From the NCBI GenBank assembly GCA_963665115.1, contig OY762007.1, positions 6,848,001-6,912,000 on the forward strand: a DNA stretch of 64,000 nt, given 5' to 3'. Within the stretch, counting starts at the first letter, position 1; each line of letters begins with the position of its first letter. The notes under the pieces are model-generated. The model was not told the origin of the DNA. It did not search any database and worked only from the letters and a program-made list of their open reading frames with translations. Shown in pieces: positions 1 to 10,836 of this stretch. A program made the position numbers and the translations under genes. The stretch is from an uncultured Rivularia sp. Its GTDB lineage: Bacteria > Cyanobacteriota > Cyanobacteriia > Cyanobacteriales > Nostocaceae.

Positions 1-885
1 ACATTAGCCAACCAACAAGCTCGTAGTATTTTTAACATTAACCTTAAAGATATCGGTCGTTTGTTGCAGGATTTAGAAATTTCCTATCGCCCTGTAGAAT
101 TGCGATCGAGAATCGATCAAGTTTATAGCAATCGGAGTCAGATATCTTTAAAAGACATCGAATGGTTCAATCCAGATCGCGAAACCAATTATTTTCTTGA
201 CGTACAGATTATACCGCTAACTCACGAAAATACTGCCGAACTGTTGGGAGTAAAAATAATCTTTAGCAACGTTACCCGCTTCAAACATTTACAACAAGAT
301 TTAGTCAGCGCAAATCAGGAATTAGAAACAGCTTACGAGGAACTTCAATCGACTAACGAAGAATTAGAAACCACAAATGAAGAGTTGCAATCTACTGTGG
401 AAGAACTAGAAACTACTAATGAAGAGTTGCAATCTACTAACGAAGAATTAGAGACAATGAACGAAGAGTTGCAATCGACTAACGAAGAATTGCAGACAAT
501 GAACGAAGAAATGCGTCAAAGCGGGGATGAACTTAATCGGGTAAACAGCTTTTTAGAATCTATTTTGACCAGTTTACGTTCTGGAGTAGTAGTTGTAAGT
601 CCAGAATTGCACGTTTTAATTTGGAACCGTAAAGCAGAAGATATGTGGGGATTGCGGTTTGACGAAGTTTTTTCACACCATTTCATGAGTTTAGATATCG
701 GTTTACCCATAGAACAACTTAGACAACCTTTGCGAGCAATTCTTAATGCTGAGACAGTAAATTATGAATTAACATTAAGCGCAAGAAATCGTAGAGGTAA
801 ATCAATTGAATGCAACATTATTTTAACCCCACTGAATAATTCAACATCGGATATTCAGGGAGTAATTTTATTAATGGAAGAATGA
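1..885 (+). CDS. C-terminal part of PAS/coiled-coil sensor protein (CheR-type methyltransferase with PAS domains), 5' end outside window
   Basis: Frame is open from base 1. ELETTNEELQST heptad repeats between two PAS-like segments are typical of CheR/CheB-PAS fusion proteins. Confidence 0.75.
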   Translation, partial: TLANQQARSIFNINLKDIGRLLQDLEISYRPVELRSRIDQVYSNRSQISLKDIEWFNPDRETNYFLDVQIIPLTHENTAELLGVKIIFSNVTRFKHLQQDLVSANQELETAYEELQSTNEELETTNEELQSTVEELETTNEELQSTNEELETMNEELQSTNEELQTMNEEMRQSGDELNRVNSFLESILTSLRSGVVVVSPELHVLIWNRKAEDMWGLRFDEVFSHHFMSLDIGLPIEQLRQPLRAILNAETVNYELTLSARNRRGKSIECNIILTPLNNSTSDIQGVILLMEE

Positions 886-1167
886 TAATTAGAGCATTAA
901 TATAATAGTTAGGAGTTAGGAGTTAGAATAAGAGATAATTGTTTTTTGCCCCTGTTCCTAGATCCGGCGTTACCTTTTACCTCTAATTCGACTATTTAAT
1001 ACTGCATAAAAAATACTGCTATAAATTAAAAAAAGAAGGTATCAATTTTATCATTAGGAATATAGAATTAGAGATTATATGGGTATAAAGGTAGATAACA
1101 ATTCTTCCCAAAATAGATAAGTTTAGAATTAGATATTAATATCAGCAGAATAAAACAGAGGTATTCG

Positions 1168-2499
1168 GTGAATTTTGACAGATTCGTTCGTAAAGTAGAG
1201 GGAGTGCGCCACGAAGTAAATTCTCTACAAAGCCGCGTTATCAAAAAAATACCTCTGCAGCAAGAGGATTTAGTAGCAGAAACATTTGAACAATTAAGTC
1301 TCAGTATAGAAGAACTCAATGTAGCAGAAGAAGAATTACACCAGCAAAACGAAGAATTAATCGGATATCAGGAAGAATTAGCCAAAGAACATCAACGTTA
1401 TCAAGAATTGTTTGATTTTGCTCCCGATGGCTACCTTGTAACAGATACCTACGGTAAAATTATCGAAGCTAATCTTGCTGCATCACAACTATTAGCACTT
1501 GAGAAAAACAGACTCGCTGGTAAACTGATAATTGTTTTTGTTCCTCAAGAAAAACGTGGAGAATTTCGCAAACAACTACGCAACCTGTACGAACAAAAGC
1601 AAATAAAAGATTGGGAAATTGATTTACAGAATTATTGTAAAACCTTATTTTCTTGTGAAATCAACGGCAGCACAATAAACGACAAAAACGGTAACTGTAT
1701 CGGTATGCGTTGGCTATTACGGGATATTAGCGCTCGTAAATTAGCAGAAGCCAAAATCCGCTTCGTAGAACTGCAAAATTTTAAACTAGAAGAATCATCG
1801 CGCTTAAAATCGCAAATTGTAGCGGTTTTATCTCATGAATTGCGAACACCTTTAAACGCAGTTATAGGTTTTTCCGACGTACTTTTACGATTAAACAAAA
1901 AACAATTTTCTCCTCAGTCATTAAATATAGTAGAAACAATTATCAGAAATGGTAAAGAGCTATTAAAATTGATTAATAATATGCTTGATTTTGCCAAATT
2001 AGAAGAAGGCAATCTGACTATTAATTTGCAACAATTTAATATTAAAGAATTAATTAAAAAAATTACAGAAGATTTGTGCATTTTTGCAAATCAGAAAAAC
2101 ATTGGTTTAGAAACTCATATAAATATCCAAAACGTTATAGTTATTAATGACCCAATTCGTCTTCAAAAACTACTAACCAACTTAATTTACAATGCCATTA
2201 AATTTACAGAAACTGGTAGCGTATCAGTTGAATTAAAAGAATTAAACCAAGATAAAATAATTATAACTATTCAAGATACAGGTATTGGGATTTCAGAAAC
2301 AGATTTAGAATATATTTTTCAAGCATTTAGACAAGTAGATCAAAGCAAGACTCGTAGCTACCAAGGAACGGGATTAGGATTAGCAATAGTCAAACACTTA
2401 TTAGATTTAATGGGAGGAAACATTACCGTAGAAAGCTTACTTGGTGAAGGCTCAATATTTCGCGTAGAGTTGCCGAGAACAGTTATCAATTATCAATGA
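1168..2499 (+). CDS. PAS-domain sensor histidine kinase
   Basis: PAS (LFDFAPDGY...), H-box [10 protein letters not shown]-box NLIYNAIKFT, G-boxes DTGIGI and GTGLGL. Confidence 0.9.
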   Translation: MNFDRFVRKVEGVRHEVNSLQSRVIKKIPLQQEDLVAETFEQLSLSIEELNVAEEELHQQNEELIGYQEELAKEHQRYQELFDFAPDGYLVTDTYGKIIEANLAASQLLALEKNRLAGKLIIVFVPQEKRGEFRKQLRNLYEQKQIKDWEIDLQNYCKTLFSCEINGSTINDKNGNCIGMRWLLRDISARKLAEAKIRFVELQNFKLEESSRLKSQIVAVLSHELRTPLNAVIGFSDVLLRLNKKQFSPQSLNIVETIIRNGKELLKLINNMLDFAKLEEGNLTINLQQFNIKELIKKITEDLCIFANQKNIGLETHINIQNVIVINDPIRLQKLLTNLIYNAIKFTETGSVSVELKELNQDKIIITIQDTGIGISETDLEYIFQAFRQVDQSKTRSYQGTGLGLAIVKHLLDLMGGNITVESLLGEGSIFRVELPRTVINYQ

Positions 2500-2656
2500 A
2501 CAATTATCAGTTAGCAGTGAGCAAGTTATCCATTAAACGCCCTCACCCTTGAAGGGTGGGGCTACAGGAACAAAGCCTGCCTTCGCAGGCTGAAAAACAA
2601 TAAAGGCGGTTTTTTTCAAGGAACACCAAAATTGATAATTGATAATTGATAATTGT

Positions 2657-3559
2657 TCATTGTTCATTGATAACTGCTTCCGCGATTCTCAATTTAGCAG
2701 AGCGAGAGCGGGGATTAGTCGAAATTTCTTCTTCTTGAGCAATAATCGGTTTTTTGGTTAATACTTTTAACAATGATGAATCTTTGAAACTGTGCTTAAC
2801 TATTCTGTCCTCTAAACTATGAAAACTGATGACTGCAAATTTACCGCCTTCAACAAGCGCATTTGGTGCTTTTTCTAAAAGAGTTTCTAAAGATTTTAAT
2901 TCATCATTTACAGCAATTCGTAAAGCTTGAAAAACCCGAGTTGCGGGGTGAATTCTGCCATAACGATATTTCCGAGGAACGCTGTAAGATATGGCTTCAG
3001 CTAATTCAGTTGTGGTATGAAACGGGCGCTTTTCAACAATACGTCTAGCGATACGTCGTGACAACCTTTCCTCCCCATATTTAAAGAAAACATTCGCTAA
3101 TTCCACTTCATCCCAATGATTTATTGCTTCAGCAGCAGTTAAAGATTGTCTTCTATCCATTCGCATATCAAGTTCGGCTTCATTGCGAAAACTAAAACCC
3201 CTCTCCGGATTATCTAAATGGTAAGAACTGACTCCCAAGTCTGCAATAATACCGTCAAAAGTATTGTGTGGAAAATTATATTCAGCAAAATTGCTGCGGA
3301 CAAATTCTACACGAGTTCCATATTCAGCCAAATTATTTGTTGCTGCCGTCAAAGCATCTTCATCGCGATCGATCGCAGTTATTTTTGTATCCGGTGCCGC
3401 CGATAAAATTAACCGAGAATGTCCACCACCACCAACAGTTGTATCCAAATAATGCCCGCCTTCGCGTATCGCCAAACCTGAAATAATCTCTTTTCCCAAA
3501 ACCGGAATATGTGAAAAAGCGGGTTCTGCATTAGATGCTGTTGGCGATTCATTAGTCAT
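2657..3559 (-). CDS. rsmH: 16S rRNA (cytosine1402-N4)-methyltransferase
   Basis: Motifs [60 protein letters not shown]. Confidence 0.97.
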   Translation of the reverse strand: MTNESPTASNAEPAFSHIPVLGKEIISGLAIREGGHYLDTTVGGGGHSRLILSAAPDTKITAIDRDEDALTAATNNLAEYGTRVEFVRSNFAEYNFPHNTFDGIIADLGVSSYHLDNPERGFSFRNEAELDMRMDRRQSLTAAEAINHWDEVELANVFFKYGEERLSRRIARRIVEKRPFHTTTELAEAISYSVPRKYRYGRIHPATRVFQALRIAVNDELKSLETLLEKAPNALVEGGKFAVISFHSLEDRIVKHSFKDSSLLKVLTKKPIIAQEEEISTNPRSRSAKLRIAEAVINEQ

Positions 3560-4135
3560 AGTATCTTATTATGAATTATTAACGTGCCCTGATGCCCGTA
3601 CCACAAGAATTATATCTAGATTGTAGGGTGTGCTACGGCATTATATCTGTCTGGGGAAATGAAAGATATAGTTCAAGCTGTGACGCACCAGAATATTGAA
3701 TAATTAAACAAGCGATAAATGTTAATTTATTCGCATTAAATTTGATGGGTTTTTCGCACACTCACTCGGGGTAGAATATAACCCGTCAAATTTAATGAAA
3801 TCAACCACTAATTAAATCAGCGTTGAAATTTAGATTGTGACGAGTGAGTAGGAGCAAGGCTTTTAGACATTTAAATGGCTTCTCAACAGGAATTCAATTA
3901 TAAAAAAGAGCAATTTCGGCGTTGCTCCAACTTCAGGAACTATGTAATCCTCAGAATTAGACATAATAATGCACCTTACCGCGCTTCATCCTTCATAATT
4001 AAGAAAATGCTGCTTAATTTATCTTCACTCTCCCGAAAAGCAGGCATGAGCAAATATTTGATTCACAATATTTGGTTAAAATAACTAAACTTAGGGGTGA
4101 GTGCAACAAGAGTCTAAAGGGAGAATTACTAGTTT

Positions 4136-5320
4136 ATGGCATTAATGGAAACTCGCACCGAACCGATGGTGCTGAACATGGGACCGCACCATCCTTCGAT
4201 GCACGGCGTTTTACGTCTAATTATGACGTTAGACGGTGAAGACGTATTAGATTGCGAACCCGTTATCGGCTATCTACACCGGGGAATGGAAAAAATTGCC
4301 GAAAACCGAACTAATGTCATGTACGTTCCCTACGTGAGTCGGTGGGATTACGCAGCGGGAATGTTCAACGAAGCCGTTACCGTCAACGCACCGGAAAAAT
4401 TAGCCGACATCGAAGTTCCCAAACGTGCCAGCTACATCCGCGTCATCATGCTGGAATTGAACCGCATCGCCAACCACTTATTGTGGTGGGGGCCATTCAT
4501 GGCTGACGTAGGCGCACAAACTCCCTTCTTCTACCAGTTTCGCGAACGCGAAATGATTTACGATTTATGGGAAGCCGCTACAGGTTATCGCATGGTAAAC
4601 AACAACTACTTCCGCATTGGTGGTGTAGCGGTTGATTTACCTTACGGTTGGGTAGATAAATGTATGGAATTTTGCGAATACTTTTTACCCAAAGTAGACG
4701 AATACGAACGCTTAGTTACGAAAAATCCCATATTCCGCCGTCGTGTAGAAGGATTGGGCGTAATTACTCGCGAACAAGCGATAAACTGGGGATTATCTGG
4801 CCCAATGTTACGCGCTTCTGGCGTGAAGTGGGACTTAAGAAAAGTTGACCACTACGAATGTTACGACGATTTTGACTGGGATGTGCAGTGGGACACCGTT
4901 GGAGACTGTCTCGCTCGCTATACAGTAAGATTGCGGGAAATGCGCGAATCGGTCAAAATCCTCAAGCAAGCCCTCAAAGGACTTCCTGGCGGCCCTTACG
5001 AGAACCTTGAAGCAAAACGGATGCAGGAAGGTAAAAAGTCCAAGTGGAACGACTTTGAATATCAGTATATTGCTAAAAAAGTTGCTCCAACCTTCAAGAT
5101 TCCTAATGGTGAAATCTATTCCCGCGTAGAAAGCGGTAAAGGTGAATTAGGAATTTATTTAGTTGGAGAAAATAACGTCTTTCCTTGGCGTTGGAAAATC
5201 CGTCCAGCAGATTTTAATAACCTGCAAATTTTACCCGAACTATTAAAAGGCGTAAAAGTAGCAGATATTGTTGTGATATTAGGTAGCATCGACGTAATTA
5301 TGGGTTCCGTTGACAGATAA
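4136..5320 (+). CDS. ndhH: NAD(P)H-quinone oxidoreductase subunit H
   Basis: 394 aa; [16 protein letters not shown]-terminus; ends [10 protein letters not shown]. Confidence 0.98.
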   Translation: MALMETRTEPMVLNMGPHHPSMHGVLRLIMTLDGEDVLDCEPVIGYLHRGMEKIAENRTNVMYVPYVSRWDYAAGMFNEAVTVNAPEKLADIEVPKRASYIRVIMLELNRIANHLLWWGPFMADVGAQTPFFYQFREREMIYDLWEAATGYRMVNNNYFRIGGVAVDLPYGWVDKCMEFCEYFLPKVDEYERLVTKNPIFRRRVEGLGVITREQAINWGLSGPMLRASGVKWDLRKVDHYECYDDFDWDVQWDTVGDCLARYTVRLREMRESVKILKQALKGLPGGPYENLEAKRMQEGKKSKWNDFEYQYIAKKVAPTFKIPNGEIYSRVESGKGELGIYLVGENNVFPWRWKIRPADFNNLQILPELLKGVKVADIVVILGSIDVIMGSVDR

Positions 5321-5342
5321 ACCCACTTTAGATTTTAGATTT

Positions 5343-5453
5343 TGCGAAAAGTTGAGGAAGAGTTGCGTGCGGGGGTTCCCCCCGTTGAGCAAACTAACCC
5401 ACACCTTACGGTGAACGGGTGTAGATGTTCTTCCCCTCAAACTTTCCAAGACA
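5343..5453. repeat. Nested small dispersed repeat (SDR-like) element inside an ATTTTRG heptamer tract
   Basis: Outer arms TGCGAAAAGTTGAGG...CCTCAAACTTTCCAAGACA enclose the hairpin AGTTGCGTGCGGGGGTTCCCCCCGTTGAGCAAACT; ATTTTAG/ATTTTGG repeats on both sides. Confidence 0.7.
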
Positions 5454-5658
5454 GATTTTGGATTTTGGATTGTATTTGATAATTCAAAATCTAGAATCTT
5501 TTTTTATTTTCTTAGGGAATGGGAGGGGGAAGAGGGGGAAGAGAGGGAAGAGGGGGTAGAATTCTTAGAATTTTTTGTAGCTAGGGAGCAAGATGCTCCC
5601 ACTACATTCACAACCTTTAACCTTTAACCTTTAACCTTTAACCTTTGACCTAAATCTC

Positions 5659-6213
5659 GTGATTTCTCAAATTATATTTTTACTGTTCTTCCCTGCTTGT
5701 CTGGGGATATTAAGACAAGTTATCTGGGCTTCGGAATTAACGCATCAATTATTAGCTGTGGGAATATTTTTCTTTTGTATAGAACAAGCTAATATGGCGA
5801 ACCAGGATTTACAACAAGTTGCTAATGCTAAAACCAAAGTTAAAGATGCTCGCTTAGATATTTTTCATCATATTACTATTATTACAATTATTATAGAATT
5901 AATCGGGTTTTATTTATCATCAATATATATAGGTGGTGGTTCTCTTTTAATTTTATTCGGTTTAATTTGGTTTAATCTATTTGCTAATATAAAAATTAAT
6001 CTCTCAGCTAAACATATAATTCAACCTTGGCATATTACCGAACGTCTACCAGTTTTAATTGCCGATTTAGTTGGATTGATTTTAGTTAATCTGTGGATGT
6101 TAAAAATTGCCGATATTTGCATATCCTGGGGACTTTTCGCAATGGCTGTAGTTTTCTGTGGTATTAAATTGTTTTTATATTTTAAGTCTTTTAATTTGGT
6201 TCGGGAAGTGTGA
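5659..6213 (+). CDS. Hypothetical multi-pass membrane protein
   Basis: 184 aa ORF with several hydrophobic segments. Confidence 0.7.
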   Translation: MISQIIFLLFFPACLGILRQVIWASELTHQLLAVGIFFFCIEQANMANQDLQQVANAKTKVKDARLDIFHHITIITIIIELIGFYLSSIYIGGGSLLILFGLIWFNLFANIKINLSAKHIIQPWHITERLPVLIADLVGLILVNLWMLKIADICISWGLFAMAVVFCGIKLFLYFKSFNLVREV

Positions 6214-6251
6214 AAATTTATTATTATACTCGTACTGAAGAGTCAAAAAGT

Positions 6252-6305
6252 TCGTAGTAAGGGGTTAAGCCCTTCTTCTCAGAGGACTAAAGTCCTTACT
6301 ACAAA
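6252..6305. repeat. Inverted REP doublet (GTAGTAAG...CTTACTAC)
   Basis: Two short hairpins inside inverted GTAGTAAG ends; same family at 39883-39939. Confidence 0.75.
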
Positions 6306-6334
6306 CCGATGAAAATTAATAAAATTTGATATTT

Positions 6335-7579
6335 ATGGAATACAACCCTCAACTCTACCAAGAAATTACCAACCGCATCACCGCAAGCCCTCAACAACGC
6401 ATCACTTTCGCCGAATACATGGACTTAGCGCTATATCATCCAGAATACGGTTACTATTCTCAAAAAGCCGCATTAGGAAAAGAAGGCGATTTTTTTACTT
6501 CCGTCCATCTCGGTGCTGACATAGGTGAAATGTTGGCAATTCAGTTTATGGAAATGTGGGAGATATTAGGTCAGCCAGAAACTTTTAATTTAATAGAAAT
6601 GGGTGCGGGGCAAGGATATTTAGCAGCAGATATTCTTAACTATATTAAACAAAAATATCCAGATTTATTCAAAGCTTTAAAATATACAATTATCGAAAAA
6701 TCACCAGGATTAAAACAACTTCAACAACAACGTTTAAAAGAATTTGAAGTTACCTGGTGCAACTTAGAAGAAATACCAAACAATTCCGTCACCGGATGCT
6801 TTTTCTCAAATGAATTAGTAGACGCTTTCCCCGTGCATCAATTCAAGATAGAAAACGGAGAATTGCGCGAGATTTACGTTACTAATGTAGAAAATTCTAC
6901 CCCCTCTACCCCCTCTTCCCCCTCTCCCCCCTCTCCCCCCTCTCCCCCCTCTCCCCCCTCTCCCCCCTCTCCCCCCTCTCCCCCCTCTAATCTTTTCACC
7001 GAAATTACCGACAAACCTTCAACACCAAAACTGCTTGATTACTTAGACTCCTTAGAAATAGACATTAATCAATATGCCGATGGATATCGTAGCGAGATTA
7101 ATTTAGCAGCTTTGGAATGGTTAAGTGTAATAGCTCACCGTTTGCAGCGCGGCTATGTGCTAACAATTGACTATGGATATATTAAAAACCGTTATTACAA
7201 TCCCAGACGCGATCGAGGCAGCTTACAGTGCTACACTCAACATCATCGCCATAACGACCCGTATATTAACATTGGACAGCAAGATATCACCGCTCATGTT
7301 GACTTTACAGCCTTAGAAAAAAATGGCGATCGCCTCGGTTTGCACAAAATTGGTTTAACGCAACAAGGATTATTTTTAATGGCTTTAGGATTAGGGGAGC
7401 GTGTAGCATCTCTATCTCAATCCAAGCAACCTTTATCTACCATATTGCAACGTCGCGACTCATTACATCAACTTTTAGATCCAATGGGGCTTGGTGGTTT
7501 CCACGTTTTAGTTCAAGCCAAAGGATTAAAAGAAACAGAAAAATCTCAGCAACTCAAAGGTTTTATTCAGCCATATTAG
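6335..7579 (+). CDS. SAM-dependent methyltransferase, MidA/NDUFAF7 (DUF185) family, with in-frame Pro/Ser repeat insertion
   Basis: Motifs FAEYMDLALYHPEYGYY, GDFFTS, EMGAGQG, SNELVDAFP, IDYG, DITAHVDF. ATG at 6335 preferred as start. Confidence 0.92.
   Translation: MEYNPQLYQEITNRITASPQQRITFAEYMDLALYHPEYGYYSQKAALGKEGDFFTSVHLGADIGEMLAIQFMEMWEILGQPETFNLIEMGAGQGYLAADILNYIKQKYPDLFKALKYTIIEKSPGLKQLQQQRLKEFEVTWCNLEEIPNNSVTGCFFSNELVDAFPVHQFKIENGELREIYVTNVENSTPSTPSSPSPPSPPSPPSPPSPPSPPSPPSNLFTEITDKPSTPKLLDYLDSLEIDINQYADGYRSEINLAALEWLSVIAHRLQRGYVLTIDYGYIKNRYYNPRRDRGSLQCYTQHHRHNDPYINIGQQDITAHVDFTALEKNGDRLGLHKIGLTQQGLFLMALGLGERVASLSQSKQPLSTILQRRDSLHQLLDPMGLGGFHVLVQAKGLKETEKSQQLKGFIQPY
6893..6988 (+). repeat. 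9-bp tandem repeat (CCCCCTCTC) translated as a PSP tract
   Basis: Directly visible; about 10 copies, in frame. Confidence 0.95.
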
Positions 7580-7753
7580 GAATTTATCTCAAAATCGCAA
7601 AATCTGTCGATGCTTAGTTTGGGGGAAGAAAATCTACACCCCCAACTTTCCGCAAAAGTTAAAATTTTATTCGTCTTACATCAATTACCACTAATAGTTG
7701 TTCTAACATAGTAGCGATCGCAGTGCTATATAAACACAACAAAGGTAATAATT

Positions 7754-7849
7754 ATGTCTACTCACGATTTATTAATGTTAATTGGATTACTTACTCCCGG
7801 AATCTTGCTATCAGTAATCATTATGGTGACATTCGCCGCTGGAGGCTGA
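7754..7849 (+). CDS. 31-aa single-pass membrane micro-protein, Norf4-like
   Basis: MSTHDLLMLIGLLTPGILLSVIIMVTFAAGG with AAAGGT upstream. Length and LLM...PGILLS...FA.GG pattern match Synechocystis Norf4 as I recall it. Below the ORF-track cutoff. Confidence 0.8.
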   Translation: MSTHDLLMLIGLLTPGILLSVIIMVTFAAGG

Positions 7850-7857
7850 TTTAAGAA

Positions 7858-7928
7858 AGTTAGGAGTAGGGAGTAGGGAGTAGGGAGTAGTGAGTAGAGA
7901 GTAGAAAGTAGTGAGTTAGGAGTTGGGA
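7858..7928. repeat. STRR heptamer tract (TAGGGAG/TAGGAGT)
   Basis: Tandem 7-mers. Confidence 0.9.
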
Positions 7929-8108
7929 ATTTATAAATATGTTGCGATTAATTTTCGTAGTGGGAGCATCTTGCTCCCTAGCTACAAAATTAAATCCTTA
8001 AAATTCTCCCCCCTCTACCCCCTCTACCCCATCTACCCCGTCTCCCTCTCCCCCTCTCTCATTTCAAATAATCATTTAAAGACTAAATATAAGAAAAGGA
8101 ATTAAAAC

Positions 8109-8984
8109 ATGAAGGTGGCATTTCTGGGTACTGGATTAATGGGGCAACCGATGGCACAAAGGTTGTTAGAAAAAGGTGTCGAATTAATTGCTTATAATCG
8201 TACCCCAGAAAAATTAGAACCCTTAAAAGCAGCAGGAGCCGAAGTTGTAGAAAATCCCCATCAGGCGATCGCCGCTGCTGATTATGTGGTACTTATGCTT
8301 ACTAATACGGCAGCAATTTACACTGTATTGCTTTCGGATATGTCTTCTCGGAGCGTCAAAGGAAAACAAGTTATCCAAATGGGAACAATCACCCCTACAG
8401 AAAGCAGAGAAATTAGAGATGCAGTAGTTTCTGCTGGCGGCGATTATATCGAAGCACCAGTACTTGGCAGTAGACCTGAAGCCAAAGATGGTAAATTAAT
8501 TGTCATGGTAGGCGCACAAAAGGATCAATACAGATACAGCTTAGAATTATTAAAGCATTTTGGCCCAGATCCAATACTTGTAGGTTCCGTAGGAAGTGCC
8601 GCAGCATTAAAATTAGCTTTAAATCAACTAATAGCATCTTTGACATCTGCCTTTGGTTTGAGTCTCGGATTTATCCAAAGTCAGGGTATTAAACCAGACG
8701 TATTTATGCAGATTTTGCGTGAAAGTGCGGTTTATGCACCTACCTTTGATAAAAAGTTGCAGCGTATGGTAGATGGAAATTATGCCAATCCCAACTTCCC
8801 TGTAAAGCATTTGGTTAAAGATACAGAGTATTTTATTGAAGAAGCCAAAGAAGCAGGATTAAATGTTAGCAGCATTGAAGGTGTTAAAGAAATTCTCGAC
8901 ATGACAATGAAAATGGCAATGAAAAATGAAGATTATTCATCCTTGTTTGAAGCGATTAAAGCCGGAGAGCATGGGGAGAGTTGA
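8109..8984 (+). CDS. NAD(P)-dependent beta-hydroxyacid dehydrogenase (3-hydroxyisobutyrate DH / glyoxylate reductase family)
   Basis: FLGTGLMG Rossmann motif, EAPVLGS, catalytic K in ALKLALN, KD motif. Confidence 0.9.
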   Translation: MKVAFLGTGLMGQPMAQRLLEKGVELIAYNRTPEKLEPLKAAGAEVVENPHQAIAAADYVVLMLTNTAAIYTVLLSDMSSRSVKGKQVIQMGTITPTESREIRDAVVSAGGDYIEAPVLGSRPEAKDGKLIVMVGAQKDQYRYSLELLKHFGPDPILVGSVGSAAALKLALNQLIASLTSAFGLSLGFIQSQGIKPDVFMQILRESAVYAPTFDKKLQRMVDGNYANPNFPVKHLVKDTEYFIEEAKEAGLNVSSIEGVKEILDMTMKMAMKNEDYSSLFEAIKAGEHGES

Positions 8985-9141
8985 GGATTGGGGATTGGGG
9001 ATTGATTTGTAGGTTGGGTTGAGGAACGAAACCCAACATAATCTAGGAAACTCAACGAAATAATTCAACTCAAAATAAATATCAAAATATCCAATAAAAC
9101 AACACACCTTATTTTAAAAATGTATGTTGGGTAATTTCATC

Positions 9142-9235
9142 TGAAATCAAAATATTGATGTTGGGTTACGACGCAATCGTGCATAAGAAGGTTAATTATT
9201 AAATCTTGTCGTGCGTCTAACCCAACCTACCACTA
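9142..9235 (-). repeat. REP-like hairpin unit R1 (GTTGGGTTACGACGCA-loop-TGCGTCTAACCCAACCTAC)
   Basis: Imperfect palindrome with one unpaired C and a GTAG foot on the minus strand; direct copies follow. Confidence 0.9.
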
Positions 9236-9327
9236 TTTACACAGTATAAAAAGTAACCATGAGGTTGATGATTGCGATTTAGCTATGTAATGATTTAAAC
9301 AATCAGATTTAATAAAAAGTTTATATC

Positions 9328-9687
9328 ATGAAACCGTTGCAAATAATTGTTGGACTATTGGCTGGCCATTTTATAGGGAAAGCCATGTGGGCTGCACTTT
9401 TTTGGCTTCCAGGAATGGTAGTTGCAGCTAAAAATCTTAGTGGGGGTGGTAGTTTACATTTAGGGTGGTTTTCGTTGGCATATATTGCAGCTGTAGCAAT
9501 ATCAATTGTGTTGTGGATTGTTGGTAATCTTTGTGTTTATGCATTGCTGCCTCGTGCTGGTGTCACTTCGGCAATTTTGTCAGCCGTAGTAGGAATTTAC
9601 ATTGCAGTTTTATCACTACCCTGCCTATTATTCGATTGGGATGGAGGCTTATGTCAAACCATAATTTGGACAGGTTGGTGGTTCTAA
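9328..9687 (+). CDS. Hypothetical small multi-pass membrane protein
   Basis: 119 aa, about 3 hydrophobic helices; lies between R1 and R2. Confidence 0.65.
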   Translation: MKPLQIIVGLLAGHFIGKAMWAALFWLPGMVVAAKNLSGGGSLHLGWFSLAYIAAVAISIVLWIVGNLCVYALLPRAGVTSAILSAVVGIYIAVLSLPCLLFDWDGGLCQTIIWTGWWF

Positions 9688-9728
9688 TTAGCTTTAAAAA
9701 CACGCTAAAAAATAGTTTACGTTTCCTT

Positions 9729-9815
9729 TGAAATCAAAATATCAATGTTGGGTTACGACGCAATGTTTATTAATTTATCAATCATTTAGAATTCCGTGCG
9801 TCTAACCCAACCTAC
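9729..9815 (-). repeat. REP-like hairpin unit R2
   Basis: Same arms and TGAAATCAAAAT leader as R1, different loop. Confidence 0.9.
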
Positions 9816-9841
9816 AATTTGTGCCAGTTGATTGATTTGCT

Positions 9842-10789
9842 ATGGATGAATATGAGGAAATGCTCAGGTTGAATGCTTTGGAGGAAGAAATTATTAAACG
9901 TTACGAAGCTGGGGAACGAAATTTTGCTGGTATTGATTTGAGATTTATCAATATTAGCTATTCCTGTTTTATGGATATCAATTTCAGTGAAGCCAATTTG
10001 CAAGTGTCTTCCTTCCACAACATTTATTTGGTTAACATCAACTTCACTAATGCCAATTTGAAGGGATCTCTTTTCTCCGGCTATTTGATTGGTTGCAATT
10101 TGAGTAACACCAATCTCCGGGAAGTTGATTTTGAAGGTACCAATTTGACTGGGGTTGATTTGACTGGTGCTGACCTGAGTGGTGCTGATTTGAGTAGAGC
10201 TAAATTGATTAGGACTAATTTGAGCAATGCCAATTTGACTGGTGCCAAGATTACTCCAAGTACTATCTTCTGCAACACTATTATGCCAGACGGAAGAATT
10301 GAGAATAAGTCTTCCAAGGTCATTGATTCCCAAGAATTGCTCAGGCGTTATGCCGAAGGGGAGAAAGATTTCCGAAATATTTTCTTGGATAGAGTTGACT
10401 TGAGTGGGGTTAACTTGCAATCGATTAATTTGTGCGGCGCTCATTTGAGCCATGTCAATTTGCAAGGTGCTTTCTTTGAGGGAGAGATATCGGCTCACTT
10501 CATCTGTTGTGATATGAGAGATGCTCGGTTGATTTGTACCAGTCCTGACTACGGGAATCAACCGAGTTTTACTTGTTGTGACTTGCGAAGAGTTCAAATG
10601 GGTGGGGGTATAGACACTTTCGGTGCTATCGGCAACAACTTCCAAGGTTCCAATGCCCATTTCCGTTGTGATGACGGTGATATCTTTATTCACAACAGCA
10701 CTTGGTTTAATGGAGAGTTCATTGCTGGACCTGTTTGGTTGATGGAATATTGGGGAAATATTAGAGAGATTGACCCCAGTGACTTTTGA
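9842..10789 (+). CDS. Pentapeptide-repeat protein with two tandem modules
   Basis: A(D/N)Lxx repeats; module heads EEIIKRYEAGERNF and QELLRRYAEGEKDF; linker FCNTIMPDG. Confidence 0.9.
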   Translation: MDEYEEMLRLNALEEEIIKRYEAGERNFAGIDLRFINISYSCFMDINFSEANLQVSSFHNIYLVNINFTNANLKGSLFSGYLIGCNLSNTNLREVDFEGTNLTGVDLTGADLSGADLSRAKLIRTNLSNANLTGAKITPSTIFCNTIMPDGRIENKSSKVIDSQELLRRYAEGEKDFRNIFLDRVDLSGVNLQSINLCGAHLSHVNLQGAFFEGEISAHFICCDMRDARLICTSPDYGNQPSFTCCDLRRVQMGGGIDTFGAIGNNFQGSNAHFRCDDGDIFIHNSTWFNGEFIAGPVWLMEYWGNIREIDPSDF

Positions 10790-10836
10790 TGAATTTGTAG
10801 AACTTTTATCCGCCATCAAAGTTGAGCAATTTCGTA

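Noticed and set aside
310..515. Nucleotide repeats GAAGAATT/GAAGAGTTGCAATC
   Set aside because: Ordinary coding of the NEELQST coiled coil.
3875..4084. 69-aa ORF upstream of ndhH
   Set aside because: No recognisable motif or RBS; more likely ndhH leader or promoter DNA.
9812..10819. 335-aa antisense ORF over the pentapeptide gene
   Set aside because: It is the expected shadow of A(D/N)Lxx codons (SxQI repeats); the plus-strand ORF has the recognisable family motifs.
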